Positions 23,366 to 34,930 of a DNA stretch of 47,525 nt are shown piece by piece (positions within the stretch are counted from its first letter, which is position 1; every line of letters begins with the position of its first letter). The stretch lies in contig NW_013546556.1 in NCBI RefSeq assembly GCF_000760515.2, positions 1 through 47,525 on the forward strand, in the 5' to 3' direction. The stretch is from Mitosporidium daphniae. Its lineage: Eukaryota. The position numbers were made by a program, and so were the translations under genes. The notes beneath the pieces are model-generated. The model was not told the origin of the DNA and did no database searches. It was given only the letters and a program-made list of their open reading frames with translations.

Positions 23366-25144
23366 ATGCCGAGAAATAACCACCGCTCGTCCGAGTCGCT
23401 TGGGAGCACTCTTTTGCGGGAACGACATAGGCCACGAGGAATCAGAGTTGGTGCGGGAACCAACGACTTTATCGTATGTCTTGATTTTCTTATCACTAGT
23501 TTGCTGATGACTCTTCTCTCCTTCCTTCCGTGCGGGGCTCGGTAACCGAAATTTCTTCGCTGGATGACTTTTTGATGTGCGCGCAAATGTCAGAGGTGTC
23601 GTTCGCGTCTGGTATTTTTATTGTGCATATTTCGGATAGAACGAAACTATACCATTTCCGGGTCCACCAGTAGGAATGCCTCTCGTAGCTATGGGGTCGA
23701 ACCTCGCGGCCAGAACATGGACTCGCTTTCAGGATTGGAGCTTGTTACCGGTAGCAAGCTGAGCGAAGCTTTACGGATCCCACGAAGGCCTTTGTGGGAA
23801 TACAACATGGATGCGGATGAATTGCAACGTCTCGAAAATATATCGTTTGTCAGCTGGAGGAGAAATCTCGCGCTTTTCCAGGAGCGAAATGCCCCTTTAG
23901 TGCTCACGCCATATGAACTTAATCTGGACATGTGGCGTGAGCTTTGGCGAGTGATTGAGCGATCGCATCTGCTCATCCAGATTGTGGACGCCCGGAATCC
24001 ACTTTTGTTTCTGTGCGAGGATCTTGCACAATATCTGGATGAAAGACAAGGTCGAAATACGCCCATGATATTGCTGCTAAACAAGGCGGATTTGTTGACC
24101 GAGGAGCAACGGGCAGAATGGTTGCGATACTTTTCTGCAGAGTCGATCGACTGCATTTTTTACTCATCAACACAGTGTGCTTCAGAGTGGTCTTCTTTGG
24201 GCGAAACGCTGAACACGACTCGAATATGTTCGCCTCAGGGGCTCATCTCACTTTTTGAAACATTCAGAGATGACGCTGATAACAGCGAGAATTTAGGGGG
24301 CCCTTCCTTTAATGTTGGCTTGGTTGGATACCCAAATGTCGGCAAGTCTTCTGCCATCAATTCGTTGCTGGCTTCTAAGCGTGTCCGCGTCGGAGCAACA
24401 CCTGGAAAGACCAAACATTTACAGACCATTTTTCTTGAAGAGAACGTTGATGTGAGCGAGCAACAGCATACCTCAGCAATAGACGAGGCAGCAAGTTCGA
24501 CAGCGTCTTCATGTTGTGAGAGATCCCCCATTGCATCATCTGAGAGGAAACTTCCGCAAATATGCCTGGTGGACTGCCCTGGCTTGGTCTTTCCAAACTT
24601 TGCCGTCACCAAGGCAGAGCTTGTGGTGAATGGCATTCTTCCCATCGATCAGCTGCGAGACTACATCGCCCCGTGCGACCTAGTTGCCTCCCGCATCCCT
24701 CGTAATGTGCTTGAGGATGCATATACCCTAATGCTTCCCTTTCCCTACGAGGGTGAAGATGAAAGGCGGCCGCCCACTGGACGGGAGCTTCTCACCGCAT
24801 ATGCCACTGCCCGTGGGTCTAGCTCCGATGTCTCTCGTGCTGCACGTATTATCTTGAAGGATTACGTTGCAGGAAGCAAGATTTGTTATGTGCACATGCC
24901 GCCTGGGTACCAATATCCCGAGCAGCCCCATGTTCAGGTAGAACCGGCTTTCCACAAGCAGACCCACTCTCAAAGAGGGGGGCCACCTTCGTCAACGGGA
25001 GGAACCCCATCGGAATTGTCCCCAGACATGGGCTGCTCATGGACCGCCGGTGTGAAAGGAAAATTTGCCTCCACTTGCTATACGCGAGGCTTGGCTACCT
25101 CGCCAATGTCGAACAGCCACAAGCGGCATTACAAGCGTAAATAA
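23366..25144 (+). CDS. LSG1: Large-subunit GTPase Lsg1; two 5' introns
   Basis: SVTEISSLDDFL, IPRRP.W, TPYE.NL.MWRELWRVIERS, NKADL, GYPNVGKSS, TPGKTKH, DCPGLVFP. Confidence 0.95.
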
Positions 25145-25205
25145 AAGCCCACTAAATTATCGTCAAATTGACTTTTAAACGATTCCATTTTAGCCTGTTC
25201 TCTTC

Positions 25206-26826
25206 ATGTTGCGAGACGCATATTTCCTACCGCTTAACTATGGATATATCTTTGACGCCGAAGACCCACATACACGTTCGCTAGCAAGCTCGCTTATATC
25301 TTCGGCGGAGAAATGCGGCGCAACGTTTATTTCTTGCCTCCCGCCTAAAACGGCGGGCCGCAAGATTTACATCCTCACTCCGGTGGTTGAAAAGACACTG
25401 AGCTCTTTCCCTCAGGTGACCCTCTTTTGGCTGGTTGATCAAATAAATAACCTTGGCGGCTATGCCGATGCCTCTCCATTGCATGCTCCACGCGATCCAC
25501 AATCGCCTCGATGGAAATTTCTTTGTGGACACGTTGCAACACTTTCCGGCTATCGCGGGAGAGATCTGACACTCGTCCGAGCCTTGCTTGCTGCTGCAGG
25601 TGCTGTCACAGAGGCGGAACTTGATGTGGAACGCACGACGCTTCTTATTGCGGAGCGGGATACTGATACGCAGCTGGATCTGGAGTCAGAGTAACATTTT
25701 ATTGGTCATCAATTGCTAGAAATATACACACCGCTCTTGCCTTAAACATTCCCATTCGCAACCGAAAGTGGCTAATGGACCAGTTTGCGGCAGCCACAAG
25801 TGAGGTTTCTGCCCCGGAGACTAGAGGGGCCGATATGGCTGCAAATGTACATGCAGACACGGAGGCTCCAGAAAACCAGCATCAAACCAGCATTGGTGTG
25901 GACTTTTATTGGCAGCAAAATTTGGACACTCCTCTCCAAAGCCATGTAGAAGAAATTCATTTGTTAAATGATCCCCTGGCTTCACTGGATCATACGCCAG
26001 CAGAATTCCGTGGAGCCGCACTGCAAGATCCCAACGCTGACTGCTTGACAGCCGAAATACGCAATACTACTTGTTGTGAAGAGAACGTGACCGCCGTTAC
26101 TGATGAGGACAAAGCACCCGAATTTTCGCCAAAAAAGAAGAAATTTTCCCCCAAAGTAGAGAAACCCCTGAAAGGCAGCAATGCGGATACGATTAGCGAA
26201 TCTCCAAGGGGAAGAAGACGAAAGTCAACCTGCAATGGGCCCTGCATTTCTGTAACAGGATTCAAGCTATTGGCCTCTGAAATTTATTCCTGGGAAGCAA
26301 TGGGAGGATCCATCGCCGCTTCCAAAGGCGGTGGCGAGGAGCTTTTACCTGCATGTACACACCTTGTGGCCACTGCAATATCCCGAACAGCAAAGGTAAG
26401 CAAACACACTCAATGTAGTTCCTTCTTGCAGTTGCGAGAGGCGTTACCATTGTAAGCAAAGAATGGCTTTTGGATTCCATTGCTCTTGGGACTTTCGAGC
26501 TGGACGTGGAAAGCTATGCGCTAAAGGATTCAATCGGCGAAGGGGCATTTGGGTTCATCCTTTCAGAATCTTTATCCAGGGCGCGATCATTTGTCGCAGA
26601 ACAGGGCCTATTTACAGGAATCACATTCAGGATTTCTCAATCGTGTGTACCTGGACCCTCGCTCTTGGTTCCGCTGATACTTGAATGCAAGGGAAGAATT
26701 CTTGAATGTGCAGATGAAAAGGAACACTACTACATCACATGCTCTCCGCAGCAGGGACATGGAATCCAGCGTACGCCAGATTGGGTGTTGAGGTCTGTGT
26801 TACAGCAAACATTGCTAGAGCAATGA
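25206..26826 (+). CDS. Multi-BRCT DNA-damage scaffold protein (Rtt107/PTIP-like); two short introns
   Basis: BRCT signatures LSGYRG.D...V..L..AGA...TTLLIA, KYxxA...IPI....WL, CTHLVA..ISRTAKFL.AV..GV.IV...WL, and WVLRSVLQQ. Confidence 0.7.
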
Positions 26827-26877
26827 AAGGTTCCTGCATGCTGGAAACTAGCTGTGTATCCCCCAACGTTTCACCCG

Positions 26878-28457
26878 TTAGAATTTCAGCTGGGCGATGA
26901 TGTTTTTTTGCGTCTCCTGTGCAAGAATTGATAGCAGCTCATTTTCAAGTTGCAAAATCTCATCCCCAGACCGCTTATTTAATAAAACGACCAATAGAAA
27001 CAGTAGACAGCAAACCAACCCAGAAACAAAGGCGAGTTTGACAGCCTCCGTTCTACTTGCCGTTCCTGCAGACAGCCCTGAGATTTTTTTCAGTGCATGG
27101 TAGGTTAAATCGCAAAAAAAAAGCGCCACCAAAACCATACAGACAAGTATGGATGAAAATATGGAAACATATGGCTTCGGCAAAGATGCGCTCTCTATAT
27201 GGCTATCTGGGAACAGCAACCGCGAGCCTGTCTGCATGAAATATGATTTGAGCGACGAGGTTACCAAGATCCTGACCCCCCTGTTTTGCTTTGCAGAATA
27301 AGGGTCGGCATCTTGGCTTTCGACCTCTGCGCTTATGGAAATGGAGCAGGCAGCATAAAATATTTTGCGGATGTAAATTGAATAGCTTGGGAAGCGAGTC
27401 ATTTTGACAATGGAGTCGATGGAGGCACATTTTTTGCTAAAGTAAAAGGCGATATGTGGAATTACTCTTCGGAAAACAAAAGATAGTCACATTGATAGCC
27501 CACGAGCTCGGCAGAAAATTGAACATTTCCTTTCCTTATTTTCTGGGGCTTCCATGGCGACTGTGGAAAAAGAAACGAATACAATTCGAAATCGACCAAA
27601 TCAGGGTCCTCCCACACACCTAGGCGATTATGAGGAAATCACAGCTAACCATCGGCCAAATCGATCATGGTCCACTTTGAAATCAAATCAAATATGGTAT
27701 TGGCTTGAATGCACGTGACATCAAGTAGCGGCATCGAGAATGGCGGAAATTGGTAAACATAGCAGGGAACAGGCAATATCGGGCTGGAGTGCCGATATTT
27801 CCTGTGGCTCTGGATCCTGCTGGAAGGACTTGGCTCGCAAGATTTGCTTTTTATCCTGAGGTGCTTCTCGGTGTTCCTTCCTCTCTCCATGGCAGCTACA
27901 GGTGTAAAATGGGCGGAAATCGAGTTGTAAACCAAAGTCACAAAATGGGAATCTGAAAACTGGATTGAAATGCTCTTGGTTTTTTTGGATTTGGAGGAGG
28001 GATATGAAAGCCGAATGACATTTGCCAGCGGATTGCAGTCAAAATATAAAATGTTCGGAATGAAAATCGAAATCTACAAAAAAGCAAGTCACATGTGCCC
28101 AGGTACCTTTTTGGACCTTGAGAGGGCTCTTTTGACTTGCAGTAAAATCAAGTCCGATGTAATGCACAGTTTTGCCTGCGAATGGGTCTTTAATTTTGAC
28201 TTGCTTTTGAATACCGTACAAGGGATCGAGTACGACGGTTCATCCATAAGTAGTTGGCTATTTTGACTCGGTGATACTGGTGCTGCCTCGCTAAGTAAAA
28301 AAGATGAAACTGATGATTGCACGGAACTTTCAGAAGAGCAGGAGTTGTTGGTCTCCGTGCTGCAAGTGCTTGAGTTGATGTGTTTGCCCGCTACGATGGA
28401 CGAGATTCGCCGGAAAAAATGCTTCGACTTTTTTGACAGCGACATTGCTTTTGACAT
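26878..28457 (-). CDS. GRAM/PH-like + VASt-like + C-terminal TM protein (LAM/GRAMD1-like sterol-transfer candidate); at least 3 introns
   Basis: Three GT-AG introns join ORFs 28089-28499, 27645-27941 and 26878-27402 in frame. There is a GRAM-like segment (SIPCTVFK...AKLCITSD...ISIFIPNI...NVIRL), a VASt-like segment ([14 protein letters not shown]), then TM helices and a short coiled coil. Confidence 0.5.
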
Positions 28458-28508
28458 TTGCGTGGAGAAAAATTTTAATTCGCGCTTTATTAAACTCAAT
28501 TTTTTCCA

Positions 28509-29015
28509 ATGAGCTGTCCAACAAAAAGAAGTACGCCTTTCTTTATGATGTTTTAGCCATTCCCCGCAATTTCATTCTTCTTGAAGAGCTCGAAAGGGGC
28601 GAAAAGGGGCTCATTGGCGATGGAACCATCTCGCTGGGCCTGGAGGATCCCGACGACATGCTTCTTTCCTCGTGGCGAGGGACCATCCTGGGGCCATTAA
28701 ATGTACGGGTGTCTTTGTAATCGCCACTAGACCCCGTTTGAGGGGCGCATATATTCAATAAGAATTTACTGCGGGCCTCAATATCCAGCCGAAATGCCGA
28801 TCGTAAAGTTTACCACCCTCATTAGCATGAATTGCGTCGATGAAGACACCGGGTTTGTTATCGCTGAAAAGTTCCCTGCTCTTTCATCCTGGAACGAAAC
28901 ATGCAACCTAGAAATGATTCTGCTTGGCCTTTCCAGGGAGATGTGTAATATTTCAAACTTCACCTGCATCCAGCCCGCCGAGGATGCCGATTTTCCAGAT
29001 ATCCCCCTCAATTGA
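28509..29015 (+). CDS. MMS2: Ubiquitin-conjugating enzyme variant Mms2/UEV1; two introns
   Basis: [53 protein letters not shown]. Confidence 0.93.
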
Positions 29016-29395
29016 GCAAGCCTTGATCTTTAACCGGATAAATTGTAAATTCACAGTCAATTTGGTGTACCGTATTATTCCTGTGCGTGTGCTCCAATGA
29101 ATTCTAGGCTTCTTTAATTTATTAAATATCGGCGGATACATGTAAAGTGTTCAAAGTTGCCTGTTTTGGGTTTCAAAAGCGGCCTATTTGGGGCGGCCCA
29201 ATGACATCGCGACCAGCACATCCTAATATTCAATTATAAAATGCAGCCAACTTTGAAAAGAGAGTTGATTGGCTTAGAGGGTCATATAGTGTAATTGGGC
29301 TACCCCCTGAATTTTGCACATTTTCTTGATTTTGCACCAATGGTACCCTGTTGATAAATAACGCCATTATCTTTTGTTATTCTGATATCAGCAAC

Positions 29396-30748
29396 ATGAA
29401 GAGAGACTACCTTGTTGGAACAAAGATTTTTTACCTTCTTTTTGGCTTCCTCTACTATGTATGTTATTACTTTCGAGGCCAGTATTTCAAATATGTTCTT
29501 GGAATCAACGAGAGCAACTTTGGTGGCTTTTCTGCCGTCATCTCGCTGGTCACTTTTTTTGCATCCTTCCTATGGAACCGTGTTGCCGATGGGTATAGCA
29601 TCCATCGCACCATGCTCGTGGCATTGACATTGACCTCCTCTGGGGTGTTTTTCTTGCTGCTCATTCCGAACCTCCCCCAACTGACTTCCATGATTATTGT
29701 AGGCGTTTATATCCTATTTGCCACTGCTATGCCACCCCTCATAGATCGCTTGGTTTTGGAGGATCTTACTGCAAAGGGATATTCGAAGGATCTTTACTCT
29801 CGCCAAAGACTCTTCTGCACGATTGCCTATGGTATCGTGACGTTTGGCGTTGGGTATTTCATAAAACTATACGGCTATCATGTGATGTTCATCTCTCTCG
29901 CTATTTTTGCAGCAGTATTCGTTGGATACACCCTTTTATTTACGCGAGCAGATCCTAAATCAGAGCACATCGAGTCCACTCAGAATTCTGCTGGTGGTTC
30001 TTCCCCAGCCACCGCCAGTGATGCAACTGGCACCAAGGAAGACATTGAAGCACTTTCAGCCACCAAGGAGTCAAAGCCTTCAATATGGACGCTGCTTTCC
30101 GATTTTAATTATATTTTCTTCCTTGTAATTATCCTGATCAACGGATTTGCCCGTTTTTTCCTGTCGTTTTTCTTGAATTTGTATTTTACAGAAAATGTAA
30201 AAATGAATCCTGTTCAGTCCTCAATCGCTGCCATCATGGGGCTTCTTTTCGAGATTGCAATATTTTTCAAAGCAAAGGATCTGCTTTCTTCACTTGGAAT
30301 ACATTGGATGCTGATTTTGGGCCAATTGGCTATGACTGTTCGTCTGTGGATCTACTATGTGATTCCACCACGTGTCGAGTTCCTATATGTTTTCTTGTGT
30401 GTTGAGCTGCTAAAGGGAATTAACTTTGGATTTATTCAGCCATCTGCAGTCAAGCTGTCTTCCCAATATGCGCCACCGGGACTTATGGGAACTTGCCAGG
30501 GAATCTACAATGGAGTTTTCACTGGGCTTGGAGGCTTTACTGCCGGCATGTTTGCCAAGCTGTTTATGACGCCCACCAATTTTGCTTCTCTTCTTTTGGT
30601 TGTTGCCTCTATTTCCACTGTTGGTCTAGTATTATTCATCGTTAAATATCTTTTGATCGATAAAACAATTTCTCTTCCATTTATCTCTGCTGCGAAACCC
30701 GCAAAACCACCATCCACTCGACTCCAAACCGCCGGGGGACAGAACTAA
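29396..30748 (+). CDS. Major facilitator superfamily transporter (MFSD6/MFS_1-like); intronless
   Basis: About 12 TM segments, WNRVAD, YSRQRLF, VELLKG, YAPPGL.GT.QG.Y.G...GLG. Confidence 0.85.
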   Translation: MKRDYLVGTKIFYLLFGFLYYVCYYFRGQYFKYVLGINESNFGGFSAVISLVTFFASFLWNRVADGYSIHRTMLVALTLTSSGVFFLLLIPNLPQLTSMIIVGVYILFATAMPPLIDRLVLEDLTAKGYSKDLYSRQRLFCTIAYGIVTFGVGYFIKLYGYHVMFISLAIFAAVFVGYTLLFTRADPKSEHIESTQNSAGGSSPATASDATGTKEDIEALSATKESKPSIWTLLSDFNYIFFLVIILINGFARFFLSFFLNLYFTENVKMNPVQSSIAAIMGLLFEIAIFFKAKDLLSSLGIHWMLILGQLAMTVRLWIYYVIPPRVEFLYVFLCVELLKGINFGFIQPSAVKLSSQYAPPGLMGTCQGIYNGVFTGLGGFTAGMFAKLFMTPTNFASLLLVVASISTVGLVLFIVKYLLIDKTISLPFISAAKPAKPPSTRLQTAGGQN

Positions 30749-30786
30749 AATGAAATAAATTTTGTGGCCATTACATTTTATTTTAC

Positions 30787-30838
30787 AATATTTTTGCAGT
30801 ATTTTTACGGTAATTTTAAAATATTTTTGCAGTATTTT
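30787..30838 (+). repeat. 19-nt direct repeat in the NSRP1 upstream region
   Basis: AATATTTTTGCAGTATTTT at 30787-30805 and 30820-30838. Confidence 0.85.
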
Positions 30839-30844
30839 AACTTG

Positions 30845-31438
30845 ATGGATCCTCCAAAGAAACCTTCTTGTTCCTGGGGCCTTCAAATTCCAAAACGCCG
30901 TAAATATGATAATGTGATTTTCAAGGACGCTTTTGAAGACGAAAAACCTTTACCCATTGCGTCGCTAAATGTACACAAACCCTCAGTCCCTTCCATTAGA
31001 GCAACAAATGTTGAAACTTTGAAACAACAGGCTTTGAAGGAAGATCCACTGGTATTCGATTACGATGGTGCACAAAATAAAAGAAAAAGCCTGCATTCCA
31101 GCCCTGTTGACGATAAGGTAGTGGTTTTGGGCTTAGTTTTATATTAGAAGCCTCGATATATGGAGAGTATTCTCAAACGGGCTCAAGAGCGAATGATTGA
31201 GCGAGAAAGATCGACATTTATTCGAGCACAAAAGGAAATAAAAAAGCAACAATCTGTTCTGGAAGATAAAGAACAGTTTGTCACGCCTGCATACAAAAAA
31301 AGATTGGAAGAGATATCGAAACTGGAAGATAAGCTTGAAAAAGAGCGCTTGGAATCTTCTTCTTCTTCTTCCAAAAAGTCTCTATCCATGCATCAATTTT
31401 GCAAAGAGCTTTTGGACAAGGATTATCGACGGCGGTAG
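30845..31438 (+). CDS. NSRP1: Nuclear speckle splicing regulatory protein 1 / CCDC55-like; one intron
   Basis: ALKEDPLVFDYDG, KPRYMESIL..A.ER..ERE, DKEQFVTPAYKKRLEE. Confidence 0.85.
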
Positions 31439-31570
31439 CCAAAGCTGAAAAATAGGACCACTAATGTTCGATTTCTTCCTCACCCCAGCGCTTAGATAAC
31501 GATAAAATCGGGCACAAATCGATGCGGCATTTATTATAAGTGTGATGGAACATTTGGTTGTTAATTAAAA

Positions 31571-32662
31571 TTATTTTGACATGTGAAACATATACTTTTG
31601 GACGGCCGTAAGGGCCTCAAACTTGACATTCGAGTCTGGGCACTCCAAAAGCGACATCATAGGAACTTTTCCACCGCATTCCTCCAGAATCCTAGCGTCA
31701 AGGAACCGAAATACCTTTTGCCTTCGCTATGGTACTTTACAAATTGGCCGACGTCGTGCACGGCAACTGCTTTGACCAGCATTGAAGGGTCTCCCAGGTG
31801 CAATATCAGGCGCCTGAGAGGTAACGCAAGATAAATAAAATGGCATACCTTAAAAGGTCTTTTTCGTTGTCCAAAAAATGATTTACATGCATCTTCCAAA
31901 AGGCATCGGATCGGTGAGGAGGTGTCCAAGACAGCATGCCACTTTTTATTTCCGTTGCATATTGATCAAAGGAGCTAAAATAAAAGCACAACAAGAACCT
32001 TAGATTCTGGTAAATTGAAGAAAGCTCGGTCTGCAAAAATTGGATATCCGCTAGCATCTCCTCGTCTGAAAATCTTTTCAGCAAAATAAGATGCCTGGTC
32101 CATTCAAGGACCTTGCACCCAATCAAAAGGGAAGACGTTTCTTCCCTGGCGAAGCGAAGAAGATTTCTAAAGATGGCAAGACCCATTCTGATAATCTTCT
32201 CAGTCGAAGATGTAGAGCAATTGTCTTTGATCAGTGGAATGATCCCCCAGTCCCTATAAAAATTCTGTTTGCCAAAGCTCAATGGTACCTGAACATTGCT
32301 GCCGTAGATGGCTGGAAAGTTAGCAACCAAAAGCAGAGTAGAATTTCGTACAGGAGCTGCGGGGAAATCGGATGTTTGCACATTAGCTGGGCAAGCCTTT
32401 GTAGGATTATTGGGGGATCCTGACGGGCAAGAATTGCCCGTGTCTTTCGGTTTTTCTCCATCATTTGATTGAGAACCTGAACAGCCCCCATGGAGACATC
32501 CTCTTGATTCCTGGAAAGGGCTGCAGTGATGCTCCTGAGCTCCTCGTTAGAAAAAAATTCAGACTGCTCCAGCATTGACAACGGGGAGTCCTCGTGGATG
32601 TGAGGCACATCCAACGCCGTAAACGACGAAACGGAAGAGGCTGATGAAGACGAAGCGCTCAT
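31571..32662 (-). CDS. VMA13: V-ATPase V1 subunit H, shortened N-terminus; four introns
   Basis: QLLYEILLCFWLLTF, EKIIR, SSFDQY..EI.SG.L.WTPPHRS..FW, AVAVHDVGQFV, GGK..MM.LL...D.NVKFEAL.AVQ. Confidence 0.92.
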
Positions 32663-32702
32663 GAATTTGTGCAAATTAAACTTCAAAAGTTTATTAATTT
32701 TC

Positions 32703-34795
32703 ATGTCGTCGTGTTGGACTGCAAGATTGCCATCGTCCTCTCTTTCTTTGTCGTCTCTTTTTGTCAACGAGTTCTTGGATTCTGAAAACGCAGCTCTTGA
32801 TGACCAGTCTCTTTCTTTTTTAAAGTCTTTTTTGATACAGGCCGGTGGTCTGAGAGACTCTCGAGAAGTGGTTGTGATTTTACCGAAATTGCTGAAACAT
32901 GCTTTGGGTGTCTCGTTAGGTAACCCCGGTGTTTTCGAACCAAACTTTTGGATGAAAAGCGGAGGCTCTGCCAATTTCTCAAACGCCGTTGAGCTTTTGC
33001 AGCCAGATGGAGATCTTTTCCAGATTCTTTTGTCCCATGAACTTTTCTCTGGCGGCGGCTGTTCACTGATCCCAAGAATAAGTGTGCCCTTTCATTTTTT
33101 TGGCGCAGCCGAGCTCAAATTAAACTTGCCATTCTTTTTCTCGTCTAGAATAGCGTCTCAGAACGATGGTAACTTGCGATTTTTAACATAGTTCAAGGAC
33201 GAAAGGTATTGCTTTCGCCTGCAGAGTATTTTTTACTAGCCCTGCTGTTGCGATCGAAAAAAGAGTCGCACAGTTCGTTCTTTTATCTCTTTGAGACCTT
33301 TTTGTACTACTTGTTTCCCGTGTATGCCATCGATGAGACGCCTTCGGTGTCAAATGCAGGCTTGGCGTCAAAGTCCATTTTGCGGTCTATTTTCTGCTCC
33401 AACATGGAGACCAAAAACCTGGTCGCAATGCGACTGGCAGAATCCTTTGTCTCCCTGTTTACGGTCGTTTTCCTTGACTCGTTTTACGTCCCTCAAAGCC
33501 GCGCCAATTTCGATCTTGTGCGAAGTGCAGTCCTTCATATCTCTATTATTGGGATTTCCGCGCGTTCCCAGCCAGTAAGTTGATGTATGCGTGTCAATTT
33601 TTCCTAGCTTAAAGTGATCCAAAACTGTGTATATACAAACATGAAAAGCCCGCTGCTCAAGTTTTTGAGATATTTTTTATCCTCCAATGTTGCCTCTGAA
33701 GACATCGAGGACTGTGAACTGCTAATTCTGATAACAGACTTGTGGCTGGCTTATACCCAGCCCGATCGTGTCCGGCAAAAATGGCTTTCCGGCCCCAAAG
33801 CAGAGCCCGTTGGTGCAAAGTAATGTTTTTGATGTTTGATTTAGCGCTAGATTTGTCGCTGACAACTTGTCCTTCTATACGGTGTTTCCGCTTGACATCT
33901 TGAAGGGATTCGTCAAAAATTACTCCTTATTGCTATTCACAGATAACAAGCAGATAGGCTTTGTTGATGTTTTCAGAAATTCCTTTTTTAGGTTTCTTTC
34001 CTCGCTCAAAGAATTCCACGAAGCTAAAATTGACATCGGAATGTCGCGTCTAGAAGTCCCGGATTTCGTTTTGGGGTTTCTTGCCAAATTGAAATTCTCC
34101 CTATCCCTGCTAAGGTCGAGCCAGTCCATTTCACCTGCACATTCAAATTCGGGCACTTTGATCGCAAAAATTTCCTCCTATTTTATTCGAAAGGAAGAGA
34201 TCGATTGCTCAATATATTCGCCTGTTAACGACATAAGCTCTTTGGAAAACATCCAGAACCTGCTTGTATCCATATTTGAGGTAAACAGCAGTGGGCTATT
34301 TTTTAGATTGGAGACCGTTTGCAGATGAAAATCGATGTGCTTGCAGCTTCTCTTAACCAGGAAGTCAACCGGACAAAGTACATTTCTGCACCATCGGTTT
34401 GGCTAACCCATCCGGAAGATCCGTCTACCGTGTCTCGGCATACCATCTTGAGCGTCAGGGAAAGACAAATGCTTCGAGTCGGAGAGAAAAAGTGCACAAA
34501 TATTGACATTTCTGTGGAGCCTGCGCGCAATATAATCTATCCAGGCGAATGTGCCGTTTTAGTTTGCATTTTTGACACAATTTCTCACTACTTGAACGAG
34601 CTTTTGCATGTGGAGCTTTGCCATTGGCTAGAATTAAACTTAGATTCCCACACCCTCAAAGGTCGTCTTTCATTGTCTATCAGCGCCATTATAAGGTCAT
34701 ATGTTCCTTTGATCAGCTTGCGGTTTTTTGCCTCCTATGGAAACATTATTTTAATTCTGGTGCTCTATTGGATCGGGTGTCTGTTTTTTAATTGA
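32703..34795 (+). CDS. SMPD4: Sphingomyelin phosphodiesterase 4 (nSMase3)-like; several introns
   Basis: ELLQPDG.LF, LSPAEYF, DLWLAYTQP, FVADNL.FYT, E...LV and ISLRFFASY followed by a C-terminal TM, in the order I recall for SMPD4. Confidence 0.7.
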
Positions 34796-34930
34796 TGTGT
34801 TAAATTTTTAATTAAAATCCGTTGAAACAAGCTTTGAAATTGAACTAATCAAACGTCAAAGTTGAAACTTTTCCCCATCGTTAAGATGAAGTGAACCGGT
34901 GGTGCTGCTTTCCTTTTGTCCTCGTTGTAA

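Noticed and set aside
27330..27402. Histone H2B-like SYSIYIRK motif
   Set aside because: The segment is an internal part of the spliced GRAM-VASt-like gene and the rest of the histone fold is absent.
32661..32974. Apparent 300-nt overlap of the VMA13 and SMPD4 ORFs
   Set aside because: The VMA13 extension starts at TTG and is antisense to SMPD4. The ATGs at 32662 and 32703 flank an AT-rich spacer without overlap.
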